Assembly: GCA_963555815.3 (NCBI GenBank)
Contig: CAUVWX020000001.1
Span: forward strand, 128,001-192,000
Reading direction: 5' to 3'
DNA from: a bacterium
GTDB lineage: Bacteria; UBA8248; JACPRG01; G963555815
DNA length: 64,000 nt
Positions 19,601 to 29,585 of the stretch are shown piece by piece. A program made the position numbers and the translations under genes. Within the stretch, counting starts at the first letter, position 1. Each line of letters begins with the position of its first letter. The notes below the pieces were generated by a model. That model did not search any database, was not told the origin of the DNA, and saw only the letters and a list, made by a program, of their open reading frames with translations.

Positions 19601-19945
19601 ATGGCAAGGATCGCACGGGTCGTGGCGCCAGGGTTCCCCCCTGTCTGCGTACGGCCTGTCTGCCGGCCAGGCAGGCGCACAGGCAGGCATCACGTCACGC
19701 AGCAAGGCATCTCTCAGGCAGGGGCAACGACCTGGTGAAGTTCATGCCCCTGCTTGCAAGGGTCTGGAACTGGAGGGACTTTCTTCTGGGTGACGTATCC
19801 TGAGGAAGAGACCCAGAGAATACGACGTCTTGGGAGGACAGGAAGACCCTTGGGAGATAACGGTTTGGTTGGAAAGCTTAGAGGAGGCATTGGGCCGTAT
19901 CCTGCAAAGGCGGAAACCGGGACAAAAAAGGCATCAGCACAGATA
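19601..19945 (+). pseudogene. IS200/RAYT-like Y1 transposase remnant (internal deletion, frameshifts)
   Basis: MARIARVVAPGFP..HHVTQQG N-terminus; WRDFL, RTGRPLGD C-terminal motifs. Confidence 0.75.
19640..19687. repeat. Nested miniature palindromic insertions
   Basis: CCTGTCTGCGTACGG[CCTGTCTGCCGGCCAGGCAGG]CGCACAGGCAGG. Confidence 0.75.
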
Positions 19946-20529
19946 AGGAGGGGGTCCCCTGGATTCCGTTTGGTGGCCTGGAGATGCCTTGAGTTGCCAG
20001 AAATTGCCGCGGGGAAAATTCCGAAGATATTCCGGAACGCGTTTCGGAAAATGTTTCCCGGAATCAAAACGCTGCTAATCTATCGAGTTAGCGATGTTTC
20101 ATCTGGTTGCAGGGGCGGGAATCCAGGTCTCGTAGTCGGGGTGAGGGAATGACGACTGGGGGCAGGCGTCCATTGGGACGAGCGTCCCCTTTGGCCAGAG
20201 TCTCGAACTCCGTTCTCCTGATGTTAGAGGGAAGGACGACTCCAAAGACAAGGTCTCGCACATAATAGGGTACGAAACAAACCCAAAGCCGGAAAGACCA
20301 CTAAATCATGGAGTAACAGAGGGTTGGCCATTGTAGTCTTCGCGAGTCAATACGCGGGGTCGAACTGGGTCCAAGTCTTCGGTGCTCTATCCTGATCGAC
20401 TTTAATAGAGATTTCGTTTGTGTTACGATACAGCGAAGGTTTTCGCTGCGAAGGTGGTTTTATGCCCTTGGACGGACGGTTCGATCACGGGGCGTAGGCA
20501 TGTCAAGACCAACAACGGGGGAGGCTATC

Positions 20530-21546
20530 ATGAAATGCAAGACGATACTTGCTGCGGCGGCGCTCGTCGTAGGGTTCACGCTTCCGGCGTCAGCCGCCAC
20601 GCTGGATGACGTCAGGGCCAAGGGTCATGTCCAATGCGGCGTGAGTCAGGGCCTGCCGGGGTTTTCGAACCCCGACAAGGAGGGTAACTGGATCGGACTC
20701 GATGTCGATGTGTGTCGGGCCGTAGCCGCCGCAGTCTTCGGTAATGCGACCAAGGTGAAGTTCAGCCCGTTGTCGGCGAAGGAGCGTTTCACCGCTTTGC
20801 AATCGGGCGAGATCGACGTGCTGTCACGAAACACGACCTGGACGCTGGTTCGTGATATCGCGCTCGGCCTCGATTTTGTGGGTGTCAACTTCTATGACGG
20901 CCAGGGCTTCATGGTCCGCAAGGATATGGGGATCAAGAGCGCCAAGGAACTGGAAGGCGCCAGCGTTTGCACCAACATCGGAACGACGACCGAGCTCAAC
21001 ATGGCCGATTTCTTTCGCGCCAACAGCATGAAATACGAGCCGGTGACGTTCGAGAAAGCGGACGAGGTCGTGGCTGCCTACGACGCGGGCCGCTGCGACG
21101 CGTACACGACGGATCGTTCAGCCCTCGCGGCGCAGCGCATAAAGCTGAAGAACCCCGATGCCCACGTACTTCTTTCCGATACGATCTCGAAGGAGCCGCT
21201 GGGACCCGTGGTCCGCCACGGTGACAATCAGTGGGGCGACGTCGTCCGCTGGTCCCTGATCGCCATGATCGAGGCGGAGGAGATTGGCGTCACGTCCAAG
21301 AACGTCGACGACATGCGCAAGACGTCGCTCAACCCGGTGGTGAAGCGGCTTCTGGGTACGGAAGGCGATATGGGTAAGAACCTCGGCCTTTCCAACGATT
21401 GGTCCTACAACATCATCAAACAGGTCGGGAATTACGGCGAGTCCTACGAGCGCCACCTCGGTCCCAACACCGCGATAGGCCTGCCGCGCGGTCTGAACGA
21501 GCTTTGGACCAAAGGCGGATTGATGTATCCGATGCCGTTCCGCTAG
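20530..21546 (+). CDS. aapJ: General L-amino-acid ABC transporter substrate-binding protein
   Basis: CGVSQGLPGFS, LSRNTTWT, ISKEPLGP, QVGNYGE. Confidence 0.9.
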   Translation: MKCKTILAAAALVVGFTLPASAATLDDVRAKGHVQCGVSQGLPGFSNPDKEGNWIGLDVDVCRAVAAAVFGNATKVKFSPLSAKERFTALQSGEIDVLSRNTTWTLVRDIALGLDFVGVNFYDGQGFMVRKDMGIKSAKELEGASVCTNIGTTTELNMADFFRANSMKYEPVTFEKADEVVAAYDAGRCDAYTTDRSALAAQRIKLKNPDAHVLLSDTISKEPLGPVVRHGDNQWGDVVRWSLIAMIEAEEIGVTSKNVDDMRKTSLNPVVKRLLGTEGDMGKNLGLSNDWSYNIIKQVGNYGESYERHLGPNTAIGLPRGLNELWTKGGLMYPMPFR

Positions 21547-21570
21547 GACGTGTACGTACGCAGTCTCATA

Positions 21571-21600
21571 GGGTACGCCCGGTTTGCGCCGGGCGTGCCC
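21571..21600 (+). other. Intergenic stem-loop after aapJ (probable mRNA stabiliser)
   Basis: GGGTACGCCCGG-tttgcg-CCGGGCGTGCCC. Confidence 0.55.
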
Positions 21601-21643
21601 TGCTTCGTTTCGCAGGTTGGGTGAGAGCAGGGATAAGGGGGTC

Positions 21644-22834
21644 ATGGCCGCTCACAGTGAACTCGGCGCCGCACCGACCCGCGTGTCGTTCTTGAACAAC
21701 CCGCGGGTCCGCGCCCTGATCTTTCAGGCACTCGTGCTGGGCGGGATCATTGGGCTCGGAACCTACATCGTTAACAATACGCTCAACAACATGGAAAGCC
21801 AGGGCATTGCCTCCGGCTTCGGTTTCCTGACGAGGACGGCTGGTTTCGATATCGGCATGAAGCTTATCGAATTTAACGAGGCGTCCTCTTACGGCCGAGC
21901 GTTCGTCGTGTCGCTTTTGAATACGCTGCTGGTGTCGGCCATCGGCATCGTTCTCGCCACGATCCTCGGGTTCGTCATTGGAATCGCGCGCCTCTCGACC
22001 AACCGGCTCGTCGCGAAGCTGGCCGAGGTCTACATCGAGATCTTTCGAAACATCCCTTTGCTGTTGCAGATTTTCTTCTGGTATTTCGCGGTGCTTCGGA
22101 CGCTGCCGTCGCCGAGGCAAAGCATCGAATTCGCCGACGCATTCTTCCTCAACATCCGCGGGCTGTCCACGCCCAGGCCGATCTTCGAGTCCGGCTTTTC
22201 CGCCATTCTGATCAGCCTCCTCGTCGGGACGGTTGCCGTCGTTTTCATCGCCCGTTGGGCGAAACGCCGGCGCGAAGAGACGGGCCGACAGTTTCATACC
22301 GCCTATGCGTCCTTTGGCATTCTGATCGGGTTGCCCACGCTCGCGGGGTGGGTGACGGGTCTCCCCTTGTCATGGGATTATCCGGTTCTAAAGGGCTTTA
22401 ATTTCCAGGGCGGCCTGACGCTCATCCCCGAACTCGTCGCCCTGGTGATTGCCCTGACCCTCTACACGGCTTCCTTCATTGCCGAAGTCGTGCGCTCGGG
22501 CATCCAGGCGGTCAGCCACGGGCAAACAGAGGCGGCCCGATCCCTCGGATTGCGTCACGGACCCTCCCTGCGCCTTGTCATCATCCCGCAGGCATTGCGC
22601 CTCATCATACCGCCCCTCACCAGCCAATATCTGAACCTGACCAAGAACTCGTCGCTGGCCGCGGCGATCGCCTATCCCGATCTGGTTCTGGTGTTCGCTG
22701 GCACAGCGTTGCTGCAGACAGGGCAAGCCGTGGAGATCATCGCTATGACAATGGCCGTGTACCTCACGATCAGCCTAGTCATTTCAGCGCTCATGAATTG
22801 GTACAACGAGAAAACGGCGTTGGTGGAGCGTTAG
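21644..22834 (+). CDS. aapQ: Amino-acid ABC transporter permease
   Basis: FRNIPLLLQ, AEVVRSGIQAV..GQTEAA, NLTKNSSLA. Confidence 0.9.
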   Translation: MAAHSELGAAPTRVSFLNNPRVRALIFQALVLGGIIGLGTYIVNNTLNNMESQGIASGFGFLTRTAGFDIGMKLIEFNEASSYGRAFVVSLLNTLLVSAIGIVLATILGFVIGIARLSTNRLVAKLAEVYIEIFRNIPLLLQIFFWYFAVLRTLPSPRQSIEFADAFFLNIRGLSTPRPIFESGFSAILISLLVGTVAVVFIARWAKRRREETGRQFHTAYASFGILIGLPTLAGWVTGLPLSWDYPVLKGFNFQGGLTLIPELVALVIALTLYTASFIAEVVRSGIQAVSHGQTEAARSLGLRHGPSLRLVIIPQALRLIIPPLTSQYLNLTKNSSLAAAIAYPDLVLVFAGTALLQTGQAVEIIAMTMAVYLTISLVISALMNWYNEKTALVER

Positions 22835-22837
22835 GCT

Positions 22838-23941
22838 GTGGCGGACGCAAAACCGACGTTCATGCGCAGCCCTGATCTACCGCCGCCCGCATCCACCGTG
22901 GGCGTCGTGAGGTGGTTGCGCCAGAACCTGTTCTCGACCTGGTACAACAGTGTCCTCACCGTCCTCACCCTGTGGCTCATCTGGGAAGTGGCGCCGCCCG
23001 TCATCGCGTGGGCGCTGGTCAACGCGGATTGGACAGGCGCCACCCGGGACGCCTGCTCGCACGAAGGGGCGTGCTGGGTGTTCATCAAGGAGTGGTTCGG
23101 TCAGCTGATATACGGCCGCTATCCGCTCGATGAGCGCTGGCGCGTCAACCTCGGAGCTGTCATTCTCATCGTATGCGCGGGGACGCTGTTCTTCCCACGG
23201 TTCCGGTACAAAGCGTGGATGGCCGCGTTCCTGCTGGTCGGCTATCCGGTGATTGCGTTTCTCCTGTTCTCGGGCGACGTCTTCGGGCTGAAGTGGGTGG
23301 AAACGCCTCTATGGGGCGGCCTGTTCCTGACGCTGGTCATCGCAATCGTCGGATGTGTACTGGCGCTGCCGATCGGCCTTTTGCTCGCCCTGGGCCGGCG
23401 TTCGGACATGCCGGTCTTGCGGGCCGTCTGCGTCGCCTTCATCGAGCTGTGGCGCGGCGTGCCGCTCATTACCATACTGTTCATGGCGTCGGTGATGTTC
23501 CCATTGTTCTTGCCGGAAAACCTGCTATTTGATAAGCTGCTGCGCATCTTGATCGCTTTGGTGCTGTTTCAGGCGGCGTATCTTGCAGAGGTGATCCGCG
23601 GCGGACTGCAAGCCATTCCGAAGGGACAGTACGAGGGCGCTCAGGCGGTGGGCCTGCACTACTGGAGGATAATGCTCCTCATCATTCTTCCCCAGGCCAT
23701 CAAGCTGGTGATCCCGGGAATCGTGAGCTCGTTTATCGCTTTGCTGAAGGACACGACCCTCGTGCTGATCATCGGGTTGTTCGACTTCTTCGGCATGATC
23801 CAGGCCGCCGGCACCCACCCCGATTGGCTGGGATTCGCGGTCGAAGGATACGTCTTCGCCGCTTTCATTTTCTGGATCCTCTGCTTCGGCATGTCGCGGT
23901 ACAGCCAGCGCCTGGAGCGAAGGCTGCACACGGGTCACTAA
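22838..23941 (+). CDS. aapM: Amino-acid ABC transporter permease
   Basis: [31 protein letters not shown]. Confidence 0.9.
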   Translation: MADAKPTFMRSPDLPPPASTVGVVRWLRQNLFSTWYNSVLTVLTLWLIWEVAPPVIAWALVNADWTGATRDACSHEGACWVFIKEWFGQLIYGRYPLDERWRVNLGAVILIVCAGTLFFPRFRYKAWMAAFLLVGYPVIAFLLFSGDVFGLKWVETPLWGGLFLTLVIAIVGCVLALPIGLLLALGRRSDMPVLRAVCVAFIELWRGVPLITILFMASVMFPLFLPENLLFDKLLRILIALVLFQAAYLAEVIRGGLQAIPKGQYEGAQAVGLHYWRIMLLIILPQAIKLVIPGIVSSFIALLKDTTLVLIIGLFDFFGMIQAAGTHPDWLGFAVEGYVFAAFIFWILCFGMSRYSQRLERRLHTGH

Positions 23942-23976
23942 GCGGGTCGGCTTATCAACCCAAGGAGGGCGCAGCC

Positions 23977-24753
23977 ATGAGTCATGCGCAGGCGGACACC
24001 GGCCAGGGCGCGGACACCGGCGTCGCCATCCGGATGATCGGTGTCCATAAATGGTACGGTCAGTTCCACGTCCTCAAGGACATCCACCTTTCCGTCGATT
24101 TTAAGGAGAAAATCGTCGTCTGTGGGCCTTCGGGCTCCGGCAAGTCGACCCTGATCCGATGCATCAACCGTCTCGAAGAGCATCAGCGTGGCCGGATCAT
24201 CGTCGAAGGGATCGAGCTGACGAACGACCTGAAGAAAATTGCCGAGATTCGCAGCGAAGTCGGCATGGTGTTCCAACACTTCAACCTATTTCCCCATCTT
24301 ACCGTTCTGGGCAATCTCACGCTGGCACCTATGTGGGTTCGCAAAATTCCCAGAGCGGAGGCAGAGGGGATCGCTATGAAGTTTCTCACCCGGGTGAAGA
24401 TCCCCGAACAGGCGACGAAGTTCCCAGGGCAACTTTCTGGCGGTCAACAGCAGCGCGTAGCGATCGCCCGGGCGCTCTGCATGAACCCCAAGATCATGCT
24501 GTTCGACGAACCGACATCGGCGCTCGATCCGGAGATGATCAAGGAAGTGGTGGACGTCATGGTGGACTTGGCGGAGGAAGGCATGACGATGATTGTGGTG
24601 ACGCATGAAATGGGATTTGCGAACCGGGTGGCCGACCGCGTCGTGTTTATGGATGAAGGAGAAATCATCGAGCAGGCCGACCCCAAGACGTTTTTCAACA
24701 ATCCACAGAACGAGCGGACCCAACTGTTCCTGAGTCAGATCCTGTCGCACTGA
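23977..24753 (+). CDS. aapP: Amino-acid ABC transporter ATPase
   Basis: [27 protein letters not shown]. Confidence 0.92.
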   Translation: MSHAQADTGQGADTGVAIRMIGVHKWYGQFHVLKDIHLSVDFKEKIVVCGPSGSGKSTLIRCINRLEEHQRGRIIVEGIELTNDLKKIAEIRSEVGMVFQHFNLFPHLTVLGNLTLAPMWVRKIPRAEAEGIAMKFLTRVKIPEQATKFPGQLSGGQQQRVAIARALCMNPKIMLFDEPTSALDPEMIKEVVDVMVDLAEEGMTMIVVTHEMGFANRVADRVVFMDEGEIIEQADPKTFFNNPQNERTQLFLSQILSH

Positions 24754-24879
24754 GGAGGGCGCGGACAACCGGAGTTGAACGGGCTCCATCCGGTTAGTTG
24801 GTCCGCCTTTCGGATTGAAGTTCATCAAGCAAAATCCGCTAGGTCCGCTCAAGCGTTGCCTTCCCCATGAAAACGGGAA

Positions 24880-24990
24880 GCCACCCGGCGCGGCTTGTCG
24901 CTCGAACCGGATGAGGCGGGTGAAGTTGTAGACCCGGTTGACGAGTGCGAGCTTCGCCTTAGTAGCGGGCAAGCCCGATGCTTCGGATTG
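24880..24990 (-). pseudogene. IS5-family transposase C-terminal fragment
   Basis: SGLPATKAKLALVNRVYNFTRLIRFERQAA resembles the GL.RA..K..L.NL.YN..R tail. Confidence 0.45.
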
Positions 24991-25089
24991 GAGGTGGTGG
25001 GTCATTTTGACATGAATGAATTCCAGTACCCCTTTTTTCCACATGGCTCTTTTGTGGGCGAGGCCCTTGCGGCCTCCCACAGGGTTGCC

Positions 25090-25116
25090 TGTCATTCCAA
25101 GCGCAGCGAGGAATTC
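25090..25116 (+). repeat. REP-like palindrome
   Basis: TGTCATTCCAAGCGCAGCGAGGAATTC, with the same GTCATTCC start as 19563. Confidence 0.55.
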
Positions 25117-25216
25117 GCACTGGCTATGCAACGTTCTCTACACGATTGGCATTCGGGGATTTTACTGCTTCCATCGGATCAAAGCTTGAATTCAAACATG
25201 TAAGAAGGAGAAGACA

Positions 25217-26596
25217 ATGGCCAAGGGCACTAGGCGTTCCACCTCGACCCGAAAGGTGGGCGGGCGAACACAAAAAAATCGGGAATATGTCCTTCGCATG
25301 GCAAAGGAGCACAACGTCAAGTTCTTCCGACTCTGGTTCACGGACATGTTGGGCCACCTCAGAGACTTCGTCGTCACGCACAGTGAGATCGAGAGCTCCA
25401 TGTACGAGGGCCAAGGGTTTGACGGTTCGTCCATCCCGGGATTCGCCCGGATCGAACAGAGCGACATGGTGGCAATGCCTGACCCCTCGACTTTCCAGAT
25501 TCTCCCCTGGCTGAGTGAGCCGGATGGCAAGGTCGGCCGGATGTTCTGCGACATCGTGAACCCGGACCGCTCGCCCTTTGAAGGAGACCCCCGCTACATC
25601 CTGAAACGCAACCTGGAGGAGGCCGCCAAGCTGGGATGTACTTTTTACGTCGGACCCGAGCTTGAGTTCTTCCTGTTCAAGAATTCGGACGGGACGGAAG
25701 TCCTCGACAACGGCGGCTATTTCGATGTGTTGCTCCTGGACGTGGCCTCGAATTTCAGACGCGAAGTCACGAAAGCGCTCCAGTCGATTGAGATTGACAT
25801 CGAGTACGCTCATCACGAGGTCGGCCCCAGCCAACACGAGCTTGACCTGCGCTACGCGGAGGCCCTCACCATGGCGGACAACTGCATGACCTACCGCATG
25901 GTGGTGAAAAGTGTCGCCTTGGATCAAGGCATTTACGCCACCTTCATGCCGAAGCCTCTGTTCGGGGTGAACGGAAGCGGCATGCACACCCATCAGTCGC
26001 TTTTTAAGGGTTCCACAAACGCATTTTACGATCCCAAGGATGAATACCATCTCTCCGACTTGGCCAAACACTACATTGCAGGACTCCTCCGGCACGTCCC
26101 CGAAATCACCCTCGTCCTGAACCAGTGGGTGAATTCTTACAAGCGCCTAGTGCCGGGCTACGAGGCGCCCAGTAACATCACCTGGGCGGTCGGCAACCGC
26201 TCTGACCTCGTGCGCATCCCTAACTACAAGCCCGGCAATGAGGAGGCCACCCGAGTCGAACTGCGGAGCCCGGACCCCGCGTGCAACCCCTACCTGGCTT
26301 TCGCGGTCATGCTGGCTGCCGGTATGGCCGGTATCAAGGGAAAGTACAAGCTTTCGGATCCAGCGAACCGGAATGTCTACGAGATGACCGAGACGGAGCG
26401 CAAGAAGCTCGGCATTCAGCAGCTGCCCGCCGATCTCAGCGAGGCCATTAGGCTCGCCGAGAAGAGCCAGCTCCTCCGCAAGTGCTTGAGAGAACACGCA
26501 TTCACGAATCTCTTAGAAAACAAGAGGCTAGAGTGGAAAGAATACCACGCCCGCGTGTCCCAGTTTGAGCTGGACAGGCACCTGGCCGTCTTATAG
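25217..26596 (+). CDS. glnA: Glutamine synthetase type I
   Basis: FDGSSI, GPELEFF, HHEV..SQHE, TFMPKP..NGSGMHTH, NSYKRLVPGYEAP, RVELRSPD. Confidence 0.95.
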   Translation: MAKGTRRSTSTRKVGGRTQKNREYVLRMAKEHNVKFFRLWFTDMLGHLRDFVVTHSEIESSMYEGQGFDGSSIPGFARIEQSDMVAMPDPSTFQILPWLSEPDGKVGRMFCDIVNPDRSPFEGDPRYILKRNLEEAAKLGCTFYVGPELEFFLFKNSDGTEVLDNGGYFDVLLLDVASNFRREVTKALQSIEIDIEYAHHEVGPSQHELDLRYAEALTMADNCMTYRMVVKSVALDQGIYATFMPKPLFGVNGSGMHTHQSLFKGSTNAFYDPKDEYHLSDLAKHYIAGLLRHVPEITLVLNQWVNSYKRLVPGYEAPSNITWAVGNRSDLVRIPNYKPGNEEATRVELRSPDPACNPYLAFAVMLAAGMAGIKGKYKLSDPANRNVYEMTETERKKLGIQQLPADLSEAIRLAEKSQLLRKCLREHAFTNLLENKRLEWKEYHARVSQFELDRHLAVL

Positions 26597-26923
26597 CCTC
26601 CGTTTTCTCTTGAAGCGCAGAGCGAGGAGCGAATCGCCCGGCGGGAGGATTCAGTCCTTCATTTTGAACCCTTCCGGTTGCCCGCCCAATCCAAGTCACG
26701 TAATTAATCGCAGGACGTGACGAGAAAGTTGGAATTCGGTTAATTCGCCGACTTCGGTCAGATATTTTCGGGTGACACATTGATTTGCTGAATCATCCAC
26801 ACCGGCCCAAGAGACGAACATTTACAGGATAACGAAGGTGATCGATTTCGTTTACAGCCACAGGCTTTTGGATTACGGTGAAAAGTCCAAGGCCATCCGC
26901 GGTCATGGTTGTTGACAAGGTTA

Positions 26924-27130
26924 ACTCTTAAACGGTTGTAGCTTTTTTGTCTAACCCCAGTGCTACAAAAATGCTACAGATTCCACCAAAAACCCCCCTC
27001 CTCAGCCCAACTCAGGCCAAGAAGGGGGGTTGCCGTATCCCTTTGATCATCTGTCAAATAGCTTGATTTTCAACCTCCATCCGTTAAGCTGATCTAGGCT
27101 GGTCGGCGACTCAAAATCCCCTGCGGGTCG
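26924..27130 (+). mobile_element. att junction 4 (arm + core + damaged tRNA-Leu fragment)
   Basis: Highly similar to 10073-10271: TTGTAGC at 26936, TGCTACA x2, core GACTCAAAATCC at 27108-27119, then CCTGCGGGTCG. Confidence 0.85.
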
Positions 27131-27252
27131 GGCGAACCGCAAGTGAAATCTAGGGTTTGAAGTTTGTTTGGCTTCGGCGTACCCTGCGAATCGGGCACTT
27201 CGGGTACACAGAGGCATCTCCCCCAAGCACTTTTTCTATTTGGGAGCGAGCC

Positions 27253-28776
27253 ATGACAGAACAAGTTCTCATTCTGCCCGACGACGCACATAACCAAACT
27301 CTGGTCTCCAACACTCATCCTCCAGATTGGGTGAACCCTGAGCCGGCCTCGCGGTACAACCTGGTGATCATCGGAGCCGGGACGGCGGGCCTCGTCACGG
27401 CGACGGGAGCTGCGGGTCTGGGCGCCAAGGTGGCGCTTATCGAAAAGAGCATGATGGGGGGAGATTGTCTCATCGTGGGATGTGTCCCCTCCAAAGGTCT
27501 CCTCCGTTGCGCCCGCGCTTATGCCGACGTGAGGGACGCAGGGGACTTTGGCGTGCGTGTTCCCTCCGGTGTGAGCGTTGATTTCCCCGCCGTCATGGAG
27601 CGGATGCGAAGGTTGCGGGCCCGGATCAGCCCCAACGACTCGGCGGCCCGTTACCAGCAGGAGCTTGGGGTAGATATCTTTCTCGGCGAAGGGCGGTTCA
27701 GCAGTCATGACACGGTAGAGGTGGAGGGCAAGCGAGTTCGTTTTCGAAAGGCCGTCATCGCCACAGGCGCCCGGGCCATCGCGCCTCCAATTCCTGGCAT
27801 CGAGGAGGCGGGCTATCTCACCAACGAAACCGTCTTCTGGCTCACGGAGCTCCCCCGGCGTCTGGCTGTCATCGGCGCTGGACCCATCGGCTGTGAGCTC
27901 TAGCAGGCTTTCAGGCGGTTCGGGTCCGAGATCTTCCTTCTGGAAATGGCGGACCAAATCTTGATCCGGGAGGACCGGGACGCCGCGGAGCGAGTCCAAA
28001 AAGCCCTTGTCCGGGACGGGGTGAACCTCCTCTTCGGGAGCAGGATTCAGGAAGTCCGAAAAGAAGGCGAAGAAAAGGTCATCAGGCTGGAGTACGGGGG
28101 AGACCCGATCGAGCTCCGGGTGAGCGAAATCCTCGTGGGGGCCGGACGCGCGCCCAACGTCCAGGGCCTTAACCTGGAAGCGGTGGGGGTCGAGTACGAC
28201 GAGCGCAAAGGCGTCCGGGTCAACGATTATCTTCAAACCACCAACCGCCGGATCTATGCAGCCGGAGACATCTGCTTCCCGTACAAATTTACACACACGG
28301 CCGACGCCTTGGCGCGAATCGTCGTCCGGAACACGCTGTTTCCGGGACAGTCGAAATCGAACGCACTGACGATTCCATGGTGCACCTATACGGACCCGGA
28401 AATCGCCCGCGTCGGTCTTTCCGAAAAAGAAGCGGAAACCAAAGGTGTCCCCGTCACGACCTTCAAACTGGAGTTGTCGGAGCTCGACCGGGCCATCCTG
28501 GACGGCGAAGACGAGGGCTTTCTAAAAGTTCTCGTCAAGAAAGGAACGGACAAGATCCTCGGCGCCACGCTGGTCGCAAGACACGCGGGGGAAATTATCT
28601 CAGAGATCACCTTGGCCATGACGTCTGGGCTCGGCCTCGGAAAGATTGGGAAAACGATTCACCCCTACCCTACCCAAGCGGAGATCGTCAAAAGGGCGAG
28701 CGATGCCTACCTTCGAACACGCCTAACGCCCTTCGTCAAAACTATTTTCCAGAAGTGGGTCGCCTGGAACCGATAA
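27253..28776 (+). pseudogene. Mercuric reductase/dihydrolipoamide dehydrogenase-like flavoprotein with an in-frame TAG at 27901-27903
   Basis: GAGTAG, GGDCLIVGCVPSK, GAGPIGCEL*QAF, HPYPTQAE; both ORF halves are in the same frame; no MerA C-terminal Cys pair. Confidence 0.85.
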
Positions 28777-28824
28777 GAGGCCGCCTGGGCCTTGATAAAA
28801 TCGGCAGGTCCCCGCGCTCCGGTT

Positions 28825-29574
28825 TCAACGCGAGGCCAGCGGAACTCTGAAGCGATTGCCGAATGGCGGGGTGTAAACGATCCCCAGTCGGCGATAGGTC
28901 GCCTCTGGGATCCCAATATCAGCGAGGATGAGATCGCCCGTTTTTTCGGGCAGGAGCCCCGTCTTGGGCAGGGCGAGCGTCATCGTCCAGCGGGCCCTGA
29001 CAAATTCTCCCGGAGTCTCGCCGGTCGTCGAATCCACACCAGAGGGAACGTCCAGCGACAAGATAGAAGCGCTTGCTCCATTGGCCCACTGGATCAATTG
29101 AGCGGCTGTCCCCCGAGGGGCCGAGCGCAGGCTGTAACCAATCAGCGCATCCAGAATTAAATTCACCTCTCCACTTGCCAGCTCTTTCGGCTCTACTTCA
29201 TTACCCGCGGTCGACTCGTATATCTTCCGTTGAAAGGCAGGAGCTTCCCCAAGGCCGTCAGGTGCGGCCAGGCAGAGCGCCACGTCCACACCGCGATTGG
29301 CCAGATGACGGGCAGCACAGATTCCACCCCCGCCATTGCCGCCGCTACCCGCCAGTACGACGACCTTCGCCTGATCCCAATCCTTGCCAAGAACCTCCAT
29401 TGCCAGCTGGGCCAGGTTGCGCCCGGCATTCCCCATCATCTGGAACAGATTGGGGCCGGTCTCTTCCATCGCGATGCGGTCCACTTCACGCATCTGCTCC
29501 GTCGTGACCGCAGGAACCTCAATTCCTGTGTCCGTAAAGAAGCGACGCCCAGAGTCCGCGAGATCATGACTCAT
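28825..29574 (-). CDS. nnrE: NAD(P)H-hydrate epimerase (YjeF N-terminal domain)
   Basis: QMREVDR, GSGGNGGGG, LDALIGY, SLDVPSG, LADIGIP. Confidence 0.85.
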   Translation of the reverse strand: MSHDLADSGRRFFTDTGIEVPAVTTEQMREVDRIAMEETGPNLFQMMGNAGRNLAQLAMEVLGKDWDQAKVVVLAGSGGNGGGGICAARHLANRGVDVALCLAAPDGLGEAPAFQRKIYESTAGNEVEPKELASGEVNLILDALIGYSLRSAPRGTAAQLIQWANGASASILSLDVPSGVDSTTGETPGEFVRARWTMTLALPKTGLLPEKTGDLILADIGIPEATYRRLGIVYTPPFGNRFRVPLASR

Positions 29575-29585
29575 TTCGGCAATCT

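Noticed and set aside
20019..20065. TTCCG/CGGAA imperfect palindromes
   Set aside because: Low-complexity, mismatched and within decayed sequence; no function is supportable.
2841..27130. CRISPR array or integron attC array
   Set aside because: The repeats are ~160-200 bp, kilobases apart and end in tRNA sequence; no cas genes, intI or attC-type RYYYAAC/GTTRRRY hairpins were recognised.
27253..28776. True merA mercury-resistance gene or pyrrolysine recoding
   Set aside because: It lacks the C-terminal Cys-Cys pair and mer operon context; no pyl genes are in the window.
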